Assembly (NCBI GenBank): GCA_032718475.1
Contig: JAUCBJ010001919.1
Location: 62,001 to 126,000 of the forward strand
Direction: 5' to 3'
DNA: 64,000 nucleotides
DNA from: Nemertoderma westbladi
Taxonomy: Eukaryota; Animalia; Xenacoelomorpha
The notes beneath the pieces are model-generated. The model saw only the letters and a program-made list of their open reading frames with translations. It was not told where the DNA came from and ran no database searches. This document shows, in pieces, positions 30,001 through 41,486 of this stretch. The position numbers were made by a program, and so were the translations under genes. Numbering within the stretch: position 1 is the first letter of the stretch; the number at the start of each line of letters is the position of its first letter.

Positions 30001-33000
30001 ATGTCCTCCTACATTACATTACTGAATGTCCTCCTACATTACATTACTGAATGTCCTCCTACATTACTGAATGTCCTCCTACATTACTGAATGTCCTCCT
30101 ACATTACTGAATGTCCTCCTACATTACTGAATATCCTCCATCAGTACTGAATGTCCTCCTACAGTACTGAATGTCCTCCTACATTAATAAATGTCCTCCT
30201 ACATTACATTACTGAATGTCCTCCTACAGTACTGAATGGCCTCCTACAGTACTGAATGTCCACCTACAGTACTGAATGTCCTCCTACATTACTGAATGTC
30301 CTCCTACATTACTGAATGTCCTCCTACATTACTGAATGTCCTCCTACATTACTGAATGTCCCCCTACATTACTGAATGTCCTCCTACATTACATTACTGA
30401 ATGTCCTCCTACATTACTGAATGTCCTCCTACATTACATTACTGAATGTCCTCCTACAGTACTGAATGGCCTCCTACAGTACTGAATGTCCTCCTACATT
30501 ACTGAATGTCCTCCTACATTACATTACTGAATGTCCTCCTACATTACATTACTGAATGTCCTCCTACATTACTGAATATCCTCCTACATTACTGAATATC
30601 CTCCTACATTACTGAATGTCCTCCTACATTACTGAATATCCTCCATCAGTACTGAATGTCCTCCTACAGTACTGAATGTCCTCCTACAGTACTGAAAGTC
30701 CTCCTACAGTACTGAAAGTCCTCCTACAGTACTGAATGTCCTCCTACAGTACTGAATGTCCTCCTACAGTACTGAATGTCCTCCTACATTACTGAATGTC
30801 CTCCTACATTACATTACTGAATGTCCTCCTACATTACTAAATGTCCTCCTACATTACTGAATGTCCACCTACATTACTGAATGTCCTCCTACATTACTGA
30901 ATGTCCTCCTACATTACTGAATGTCCTCCTATATTACTGAATGTCCTCCTACATTACTGAATGTCCACCTACATTACTGAATGTCTTCCTACATTACTGA
31001 ATGTCCTCCTACATTACTGAATGTCCTCCTACATTACTGAATGTCCTCCTACATTACATTACTGAATGTCCTCCTACATTACTGAATGTCCTCCTACATT
31101 ACTGAATGCCCTCCTACATTACTGAATGTCCTCCTACATTACTGAATGTCCACCTACATTACTGAATGTCCTCCTACATTACTGAATGTCCCCCTACATT
31201 ACTGAATGTCCTCCTACATTACATTACTGAATGCCCTCCTACATTACTGAATGTCCTCCTACATTACTGAATATCCTCCATCAGTACTGAATATCCTCCT
31301 ACAGTACTGAATGTCCTCCTACAGTACTGAATGTCCTCCTACATTACTGAATGTCCTCCTACAGTACTGAATGTCCTCCTACATTACTGAATGTCCTCCT
31401 ACAGTACTGAATGTCCTCCTACATTACTGAATGTCCTCCTACATTACTAAATGTCCTCCTACATTACATTACTGAATGTCCTCCTACAGTACTGAATGGC
31501 CTCCTACAGTACTGAATGTCCACCTACAGTACTGAATGTCCTCCTACATTACTGAATGTCCTCCTACATTACTGAATGTCCTCCTACATTACTGAATGTC
31601 CTCCTACATTACTGAATGTCCCCCTACATTACTGAATGTCCTCCTACATTACATTACTGAATGTCCTCCTACATTACTGAATGTCCTCCTACATTACTGA
31701 ATGTCCTCCTATATTACTGAATGTCCTCCTACATTACTGAATGTCCACCTACATTACTGAATGTCCTCCTACATTACTGAATGTCCTCCTACATTACTGA
31801 ATGTCCTCCTACATTACTGAATGTCCTCCTACATTACATTACTGAATGTCCTCCTACATTACTGAATGTCCTCCTACATTACTGAATGCCCTCCTACATT
31901 ACTGAATGTCCTCCTACATTACTGAATGTCCACCTACAGTACTGAATGTCCTCCTACATTACTGAATGTCCTCCTACATTACTGAATGTCCTCCTACATT
32001 ACTGAATGTCCTCCTACATTACTGAATGTCCTCCTACATTACTGAATGTCCTCCTACATTACTGAATGTCCTCCTACATTACATTACTGAATGTCCTCCT
32101 ACATTACTGAATGTCCTCCTACATTACTGAATGCCCTCCTACATTACTGAATGCCCTCCTACATTACTGAATGCCCTCCTACATTACTGAATGTCCACCT
32201 ACAGTACTGAATGTCCTCCTACATTACTGAATGTCCTCCTACATTACTGAATGTCCTCCTACAGTACTGAATGTCCTCCTACAGTACTGAATGTCCTCCT
32301 ACATTACTGAATGTCCCCCTACATTACTGAATGTCCTCCTACATTACATTACTGAATGCCCTCCTACATTACTGAATGTCCTCCTACATTACTGAATATC
32401 CTCCATCAGTACTGAATGTCCTCCTACAGTACTGAATGTCCTCCTACAGTACTGAATGTCCTCCTACATTACTGAATGTCCTCCTACAGTACTGAATGTC
32501 CTCCTACATTACTGAATGTCCTCCTACAGTACTGAATGTCCTCCTACATTACTGAATGTCCTCCTACATTACTAAATGTCCTCCTACATTACATTACTGA
32601 ATGTCCTCCTACAGTACTGAATGGCCTCCTACAGTACTGAATGTCCACCTACAGTACTGAATGTCCTCCTACATTACTGAATGTCCTCCTACATTACTGA
32701 ATGTCCTCCTACATTACTGAATGTCCTCCTACATTACTGAATGTCCCCCTACATTACTGAATGTCCTCCTACATTACATTACTGAATATCCTCCTACATT
32801 ACTGAATGTCCTCCTACATTACTGAATATCCTCCATCAGTACTGAATGTCCTCCTACAGTACTGAATGTCCTCCTACAGTACTGAATGTCCTCCTACATT
32901 ACTGAATGTCCTCCTACATTACATTACTGAATGTCCTCCTACATTACTGAATGTCCTCCTACATTACTGAATGTCCACCAACATTACTGAATGTCCACCT

Positions 33001-34932
33001 ACATTACTGAATGTCCTCCTACATTACTGAATGTCCTCCTACATTACTGAATGTCCCCCTACATTACTGAATGTCCCCCTACATTACTGAATGTCCTCCT
33101 ACATTACTGAATGTCCTCCTACATTACTGAATGTCCTCCTACATTACTGAATGTCCACCTACATTACTGAATGTCCTCCTACATTACTGAATGTCCTCCT
33201 ACAGTACTGAATGTCCTCCTACATTACTGAATGTCCTCCAACATTACTGGATGTCCTCCTACATTACTGAATGTCCTCCTACATTACTGAATGTCCTCCT
33301 ACAGTACTGAATGTCCTCCTACATTACTGAATGTCCTCCAACATTACTGGATGTCCTCCTACATTACTGAATGTCCTCCTACAGTACTGAATGTCCTCCT
33401 ACAGTACTGAATGTCCTCCTACATTACTGAATGTCCTCCTACATTACTGAATGTCCTCCTGCATTACTGAATGTCCTCCTACAGTACTGAATGTCCTCCT
33501 ACATTACTGAATGTCCTCCTACAGTACTGAATGTCCTCCTACAGTACTGAATGTCCTCCTACATTACTGAATGTCCTCCTACATTACTGAATGTCCTCCT
33601 ACAGTACTGAATGTCCCCCTACATTACTGAATGTCCTCCTACATTACTGAATGTCCTCCTACATTACTGAATGTCCTCCTACATTACATTACTGAATGTC
33701 CTCCTACATTACTGAATGTCCACCTACATTACTGAATGTCCACCTACATTACTGAATGTCCTCCTACATTACTGAATATCCTCCATCAGTACTGAATGTC
33801 CTCCTACAGTACTGAATGTCCTCCTACATTACTGAATATCCTCCATCAGTACTGAATGTCCTCCTACAGTACTGAATGTCCTCCTACAGTACTGAATGTC
33901 CTCCTACAGTACTGAATGTCCTCCTACATTACTGAATGTCCTCCTACATTACATTACTGAATGTCCTCCTACATTACTGAATGTCCTCCTACATTACTGA
34001 ATGTCCTCCTACAGTACTGAATGTCCTCCTACAGTACTGAATGTCCTCCTACATTACTGAATGTCCTCCTACATTACTGAATGTCCTCCTACAGTACTGA
34101 ATGTCCCCCTACATTACTGAATGTCCTCCTACATTACTGAATGTCCTCCTACATTACTGAATGTCCTCCTACATTACATTACTGAATGTCCTCCTACATT
34201 ACTGAATGTCCACCTACATTACTGAATGTCCACCTACATTACTGAATATCCTCCTACATTACTGAATATCCTCCATCAGTACTGAATGTCCTCCTACAGT
34301 ACTGAATGTCCTCCTACATTACTGAATATCCTCCATCAGTACTGAATGTCCTCCTACAGTACTGAATGTCCTCCTACAGTACTGAATGTCCTCCTACATT
34401 ACTGAATGTCCTCCTACATTACATTACTGAATGTCCTCCTACATTACTGAATGTCCACCTACATTACTGAATGTCCTCCTACATTACTGAATGTCCCCCT
34501 ACATTACTGAATGTCCTCCTACATTACTGAATGTCCTCCTACAGTACTGAATGTCCTCCTACATTACTGAATGTCCTCCTACATTACTGAATGTCCTCCT
34601 ACAGTACTGAATGTCCTCCTACAGTACTGAATGTCCTCCTACAGTACTGAATGTCCTCCTACAGTACTGAATGTCCTCCTACATTACTGAATGTCCTCCT
34701 ACATTACTGAATGTCCTCCTACATTACTGAATGTCCTCCTACATTACTGAATGTCCTCCTACAGTACTGAATGTCCTCCTACATTACTGAATGTCCTCCT
34801 ACATTACTGAATGTACTCCTACATTACTGAATGTCCTCCTACAATACTGAATGTCCTCCTACATTACTGAATGTCCTCCTACATTACTGAATGTCCTCCT
34901 ACATTACGGAATGTCCTCCTACATTACTGAAT
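1..34932. repeat. 20-bp satellite array, consensus GAATGTCCTCCTACATTACT, with 25-bp (ACATT-duplicated) and CAGTACT variants; runs off the left edge
   Basis: Continuous 20/25-bp periodicity from base 1, ending abruptly at ...ACATTACTGAAT|AAGTTTTGC. Roughly 1,650-1,700 monomers by length. Confidence 0.99.
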
Positions 34933-35117
34933 AAGTTTTGCAACATTTTTGTCCGTGCCACTAATTTTTTATTATTTTATGCAAGAAATGGAAATATTAC
35001 TATATATATTTTTTAGATCGGACCTGGAACCTTACCTATAAATATTTATAGTATAAATCGCATCTGATTTTTAAGATTTTTACCTTTCAGCACCAAAAGT
35101 TTTATTACATTAGTTTA

Positions 35118-35406
35118 TGACACTAGAACAAAATCGCCTCCGCTTTGCAGGACATTGCTTTCGCCGTGAGGACCAGCCAGTGCATAATCTTGTACTTTGG
35201 CAGCCTCATGGAGTGAATAAGCATGGTGGACAGCCCATGACTTTCTTGAGACGCATCTTAAAGGATACTGGCCTTAAAGATGCGGATGATCTAGCTAATG
35301 TCATGGGTGATAGGGAGTTGTGGCGGCGCAATTTTGTCGGCAAGCCGGCACAGCATTCTTAATAATGCAGCTGCAATGCAGCATGCCGATCCTAGTAGTA
35401 GTAGTA
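35118..35406 (+). mobile_element. 5'-truncated RTE-like non-LTR retrotransposon 3' end with (TAG)n tail
   Basis: Translation RLRFAGHCFRR..LVLWQP..LKDTGL..MGDRELWRR* resembles RTE-clade ORF C-termini. A short 3'UTR ends in TAGTAGTAGTAGTA. A near-identical copy lies on the minus strand at 37207-37488. Confidence 0.8.
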
Positions 35407-36410
35407 TACTATTTGCTGATGACACTAACTTATTCAAATCAGATACGGACTTAAACCGACTAATTGCTGACATAAACGAAGAACTTTGCAAACTCACTGA
35501 GTGGTTCCGTCTTAATAGATTGTCTTTAAATTAAAAAAAAAACAAATTACATAATATTCCATACACATAATAAACAAATAAGGCTCCACCCTGAAACCGC
35601 AATCAAAATCGATAATTATATTATTGACTGATGTAAAGTTATTAAATTCCTTGGCATTCTAATAGATGAACACTTGACATGGAAATACCATATTGATCAC
35701 GTTCGTAATAAACTCAGCCGCAACATCGGTATAATCAACAAAATAAAAAACTTTGTAAAGCCCCAAATACTAATTACTATATAATACACTAGTTGACCCT
35801 TACTTACAGTATTGTAATGCCGTATGGGCAGCCAAATCATTCATTACAATGCCCCCAGTCTCCTCCAAACCCAATCCCGGACACTCACAGTACGGACACT
35901 CACACCCCGAACATTCACACCCCGGACACTCACACCACACCCCGGACACTCACACCACAGACGCGGACACTCACACCCAAGACGCCGACGAAAACCTCGG
36001 TCACCTACTGACTCACCCGATACAACATTGAAAACATTACATAAATTACAACAGAAAGCAGAATGTATTGTAATCAGTAGGGGAAACCCTAATTTCCACC
36101 CACTAACTATACGGTCCATATACATCAAACAGGTAGCAACACTTTGCTACACTCACATAAAAAAGATTCTACCACTAGACATGTTCAGGTTCACATCACT
36201 TCTTACATTCATATCTACAATCCACCAACACCGAATGCGCACCGCCACCAACAATGACTGCACAGTACCCCGAACACGATTAGTGGTTGCTAAACAATCT
36301 ATACGAGTGATGGCACCAGAGGTATAGAATGCTCTACCAACCGCTGTTCGACAATCAATAAATCTGTATAAATTTAAGAAAGCTATAAAACTATCTATCC
36401 ATAATCTATA
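35407..36410 (+). pseudogene. Degenerate CR1/L2-group LINE reverse transcriptase and C-terminal region
   Basis: Motifs in order: ILFADDTNLF..INEELCKLTEWFRLNRLSLN, KFLGILIDEHLTWKYHIDHV, PYLQYCNAVWA, LHKLQQKA, HQHRMRT. Broken by stops and frameshifts. Confidence 0.85.
35875..35978 (+). repeat. Short degenerate GGACACTCACACC repeat inside the LINE fragment
   Basis: About six imperfect copies of (C/G)GGACACTCACA(CC). Confidence 0.75.
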
Positions 36411-36869
36411 ACGTGAATTTGGTATACCATATAGTATTAATATATTATGATAAATTTTTATAGCATCCGTAATAACTATAGTACAAATTAATTATATAGC
36501 TGCAATTTATTATTACATTACGTTCTGTCCTCGTATCTACCGTATAGTACTTGTTGTATTGTTCTTGTCCTTTTGTACTGCTGTACTGTACTATAATATC
36601 TACGTACTGTACATTCTTTCATATTTATAATTTACCCCTGTCAACGATAAACTGTAAGTAGCACGATTACATGCGATCTAATCCTGTAAGTACCGATATT
36701 ATGTTCCTATTTAGCATGTGAAATTAATTTGAACTATGTATTTATCAACTGTGTTTGCCTGAATGTACGTGGTGATTGGCGTAATGGGTCTGCCCGGCCA
36801 ATTACCATCTACATTCTACACAATGAGTTAATCAGTACGTAAATGCATGCAACTCAACTAAAAAAAGTG

Positions 36870-37200
36870 AATAAACTGGAAAAGTACTGCAATAAATAAC
36901 CTTACGGTTAACCTAAGAAAAACAAAGGCCATTAAATTTCGCCGACGTGGCCGTTTTGCATCTTCAGATAAACTTTCTTATAAGAACACGAATTTGGAGT
37001 TTGTAAGCAGCTTTGTATATTTGGGTGTCACAACTACAAATAAATCGTCACGTCATCAAGACCTTCTGTACAAAGAAGGCATCGCCTCCTTCATCTTCAT
37101 GCGTCTATCCACTAAAGTTAACCTTCAGATAATCCCTTTAGAATCAGCAGAGACTTTGGATTTCCCTTATATCATCCCGCAAAAACATACGGCTGTCAAG
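36870..37200 (+). pseudogene. Second non-LTR retrotransposon RT fragment
   Basis: LEKYC..LTVNLRKTKAIKFRRRGR..LEFVSSFVYLGV matches the LxxNxxKTK..V..F.YLG region of LINE RTs. Frameshifted, and cut off by the RTE tail at 37207. Confidence 0.7.
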
Positions 37201-37206
37201 TTTTCC

Positions 37207-37620
37207 ACTACTAGGATCGGCATGCTGCATTGCAGCTGCATTTTTAAGAATGCTGTGCCGGCTTGTCAACAAAATTCCGCCGCCACAACTCCCTATCACC
37301 TATGACATTTGCTAGATCATCCGCATCTTTAAGGCCAGTGTCCTTTAAGATGCGTCTCAAGAAAGTCATGGGCTGTCCACCATGCTTATTCACTCCATGA
37401 GGCTGCCAAAGTACAAGATTATGCACTGGCTGGTCCTCACGGCGAAAGCAATGTCCTGCAAAGCGGAGGCGATTTTGTTCTAGTGTCAAGCTTGGGGGAA
37501 CCAATGAGACACCTCCAATGTTATATAGTGTCTCGTTGGTGATGTTTTCCACAGTTCAGCTGATATACCAGATTTGGTTCATATCACACGAGTCCGTGGC
37601 TTTTACTGGAAGCTGTGGTG
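37207..37620 (-). mobile_element. RTE-like non-LTR retrotransposon 3' end, probably internally deleted
   Basis: ITNETLY..RLRFAGHCFRR..DRELWRR* followed by a TAGTAGT tail. 7 mismatches counted against the plus copy over ~280 bp. The upstream sequence reads SKSHGL..GISAELWK. Confidence 0.78.
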
Positions 37621-37997
37621 CGGTGTAAGGAAGTTCGACTCGACCACAGCCATACTTAGTGCAGTGGACCGCCCCGATTCAGTCCCTGATTCTAACATTG
37701 ACCTCGCCTCGCTGTCAGGTCGACGTCGTAGAGCTGCGGCCCAGTTTGTATCGAACGGGTTTCAACACCGAATGTGCGAAAAATCTACGTGCGGGCGTCC
37801 ATCATTCCTTCAACATTGACCTGCGTCTTCGCTCTATTCTTGTTGTTCATCGAAAAACCTGAGTAATTCTAAAATATACACCATTCTTATTTTTAATAAT
37901 ACTCGAAACTTTCTGCAATATATAAATAATAAATAATATGAAGACAAATGAAATAAATGCTACTGTTTGTATTTAAGAAAAGTGATGTTTTTATTCT

Positions 37998-38042
37998 ACA
38001 GATGATATTTCGGCTATATTGCATAGCCTTTATCAAATCTAT
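37998..38042 (-). ncRNA. Putative minimal type I hammerhead ribozyme (PLE type)
   Basis: Mirror copy of 38330-38374 within the inverted repeat. Confidence 0.62.
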
Positions 38043-38133
38043 TTTTTATTATTCTTATTTGAATTTGTTTACATAGAATATCGTAATTCTTAGTTTGTTG
38101 TTAAGGTAACCTAGACTTAATATAATAAAGTTT

Positions 38134-38208
38134 TTATTGTTGAATGTAGTCATGGAAGGAGTTCAAGCCCTTTAGATTAGTGAGCAGCATACCAATCCAA
38201 AATCGTTC
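38134..38208 (-). pseudogene. C-terminal fragment of a Penelope-type GIY-YIG endonuclease
   Basis: Minus-strand translation ERFWIGMLLTNLKGLNSFHDYIQQ* fits the E.FWI..L.T...GLN terminal motif. Confidence 0.72.
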
Positions 38209-38329
38209 TGACCTTCATTGTTCTTCATTCAACAATAAAAACTTTATTATATTAAGTCTAGGTTACCTTAACAACAAACTAAGAATTACGATATTCTATG
38301 TAAACAAATTCAAATAAGAATAATAAAAA

Positions 38330-38374
38330 ATAGATTTGATAAAGGCTATGCAATATAGCCGAAATATCATCTGT
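38330..38374 (+). ncRNA. Putative minimal type I hammerhead ribozyme (PLE type)
   Basis: Stem I AUAGAU/AUCUGU; core UUGAUAA(A) with U3-A8 covariation; stem II GGCUAU/AUAGCC; GAAA; loopless palindromic stem III AUAU; AUC cleavage triplet ending at 38368. Confidence 0.62.
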
Positions 38375-38814
38375 AGAATAAAAACATCACTTTTCTTAAA
38401 TACAAACAGTAGCATTTATTTCATTTGTCTTCATAATTACTAAATTTACAAATGCTGGGCAGTGCATATTATTCATATATATATGTTATAAATAATAAAT
38501 AATATATATAAAATATAATAATAGGCAATTGGTAGCAATGGTAGGCCTATTGGTATTGATTTATTGTATAAAATGCAATAAAATAATGAATATTTAATTT
38601 CGCGACAATTTTATTAAATAATTTTGGGAATTTTCTTATAGAAAAGCAACACGTGGCTAATTTTATCTAAAAGTTGGTACCCGGTGTTATTTTTTTGTGC
38701 TCTTTCTATTTTCGACTGTGTTCGATTGTGTTCGACAGTTTTTGGAGTGTGTTCGGGTGTGTTCTTGTGTGTTCGCTTGTGTTCTGTAAAAATAACTATC
38801 CCAGTAAAATTTAA

Positions 38815-38895
38815 CTGGTACTCATTTTATCGACCCCAGTGGATGAAATAGAACGGCTAAGTAGACCCTGGCGGCTGGCGGGGCTGAACCTGAAC
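38815..38895 (-). mobile_element. Possible degenerate tRNA-derived SINE fragment
   Basis: The minus strand reads GGTTCAGCCCC (B-box-like) then GGTCTACTTAGCC..TTCATCC..GGTCGATAAAATGAGTACCAG, resembling a body motif recurrent in metazoan SINEs (from memory). Confidence 0.45.
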
Positions 38896-39222
38896 CTACG
38901 TACAACCAATATATTGCAGGCCCAGAGCTCAACCAGGCCAGGAGTTACACTTTCGACTTTGGGACTCAGCTGCTCAAAATGACACATACCTGTTCACTGC
39001 AGTACTGCTGTACTGTCATGACGTAGGACTAGGACTGTAGCGGTGGTAGGCCTGCCGCCAGTCTATCTGTTTGCCAGTACCGGTACTGGGTACAGTACAG
39101 CTGTACAGGGTACCGGACAGCCGGCAGCCGGACCGGTATTTATTTAGGCCCCTATATATTTTACCAATAATCAGATAATCCAGCATTCTGACAGTGCGAT
39201 AATTGCAGAATTGTAACAAAAC

Positions 39223-39490
39223 ATGGATACCGGTAACGGTAGGCCTACATATTACCATTCCAATATTCCGCAATCTGGTGAATCTGCGATTATCGATATT
39301 AATGAAGCTGCCAGTGAGCGAGAGGGTACTGGAAACCTAGACAACCTGGAATGGAACCCGCAACCAACCAACCCCAATGATTATTTCCAGACGGAATCAT
39401 ACGAGGAGGACGGTGTCGGTAACTATGGTAACTACGGCTTTGGCGGTACTGGTAACTCCGAATCCCAGGAGGAAAAGTACCAGAGTTTAG
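39223..39490 (+). CDS. YIPF3: YIPF3 (Yip1 domain family member 3), coding exon 1
   Basis: ATG at 39223; ESAIIDI resembles GSAVIDM of vertebrate YIPF3; acidic N-terminus; phase-1 donor TTAG|GTGAG. Confidence 0.8.
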
Positions 39491-39734
39491 GTGAGAAATT
39501 TCCAATCAATAGCAGCCGTCGCACTCGCACTGGTACCGGTCAGCCGGTAGCCAGTACTGCAGTAGCGGTATGCAGTTACAGTCAGTACAGAGTTAGGCAA
39601 TTAGGCCTACCGAAATTCTTTTATCATAAGGTGTCGTCGTCGTGTCAGTTGGCTTGGCAGTTGCCAGTGAAATTAGCAAACTTACTATTGCAGTATTGTT
39701 TCTGTTTGTTACTAAACACATATTTTATTTACAG

Positions 39735-39906
39735 AGGGTTCTTCTCAGGTAAATATCCAGCCATGGCAACGGGAGTTGGGGGCGAACCTAGCAGGGCAGA
39801 TGTGGCAGTCTGGTAAGGAATCTGCACAGACAGCGTTGTCTACTTATGGGCGTATAGACATACTGAGACCTTATTTCGATGTTGAACCAAAGGAGGTTTT
39901 ACAACG
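39735..39906 (+). CDS. YIPF3: YIPF3 coding exon 2
   Basis: Acceptor TTTTATTTACAG; reads QMWQSGKESAQTALSTYGRIDILRPYFDVEPKEVLQR (YIPF3 signature IDILRPYFDVEP); phase-2 donor CG|GTGAGT. Confidence 0.93.
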
Positions 39907-40029
39907 GTGAGTTTTGTTTATTAGCGGTATTGTTATGCTAGTCGTCATAGCTGCGGTTAGCGCTTCCAGCTGTAGAAAAACAGAACATTCTAGAATAACA
40001 AATACAATACTTAGGATACTATCAGCATC

Positions 40030-40400
40030 AGGTAAAACCCCCAGATTGAGAAATAATATCGGTATTATTACAAAGGATGTGATCAAGTAAAGTAGAAGTT
40101 TTACTGGTAATTTGGTAGAATCTCGAATAATTTGTTTTAAACCAAACAAATTTAAAATACTTTGGTACTGTTTACAGATGGGGGATGCTTTGTGGTGGTA
40201 ACAGATATGCATATCATATATATATAGATATATATGCAAAAATTGCAGACCTTTTTTCTTAAAAAATTTAAAAGTTTCACTCTCAGCATCACTTGGAGTT
40301 TGCAGAGGCGATGTGAGGAATGAATCGTCGGTTTCTGATTCTAAAATTGTATCATGAAAGGGAAGTTCGGTAAAAATACAGCTATTGCAGAGAAAACTTG
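40030..40400 (-). pseudogene. CR1/L2-like LINE endonuclease fragments in YIPF3 intron 2
   Basis: The minus strand gives FLCNSCIFTELPFHD, FKKKGLQFLHI, LNLFGLKQII and TSTLLDHILCNNTDIISQSGV, typical of the pre-EN and APE-endonuclease regions. Internally deleted. Confidence 0.65.
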
Positions 40401-40536
40401 GCTCAAGATTGTTTCTGGTGGAGAATAAATTACTGCTTTTGATTTTAGTGTGAGGGTCAGCGGTCAGTGTTCAATATGTTTTCCGCTATTTTATTATTTT
40501 ATTTTCTCCCCCAATGTTTTGTTGTGCTGGAGGTAA

Positions 40537-41473
<937 letters not shown>

Positions 41474-41486
41474 CTCTCTAAATTTA

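Larger units (their letters stand above)
37937..38435 (-). mobile_element. Penelope-like element remnant: 3' end plus inverted pseudo-LTR (210-bp arms, 79-bp spacer)
   Basis: 37937-38146 is the reverse complement of 38226-38435. The spacer encodes a GIY-YIG-type C-terminus, and each arm carries a hammerhead-like motif. Confidence 0.82.

Noticed and set aside
1-34932. Telomeric repeat interpretation
   Set aside because: No TTAGGG-like unit, and the heterogeneity and higher-order blocks fit recombination-driven satellite. The left end is not visible, so subtelomeric location cannot be excluded.
39491-39816. Extension of the 197-aa ORF past 39490
   Set aside because: Intron read-through; YIPF3 similarity resumes in another frame after the 39734 acceptor.
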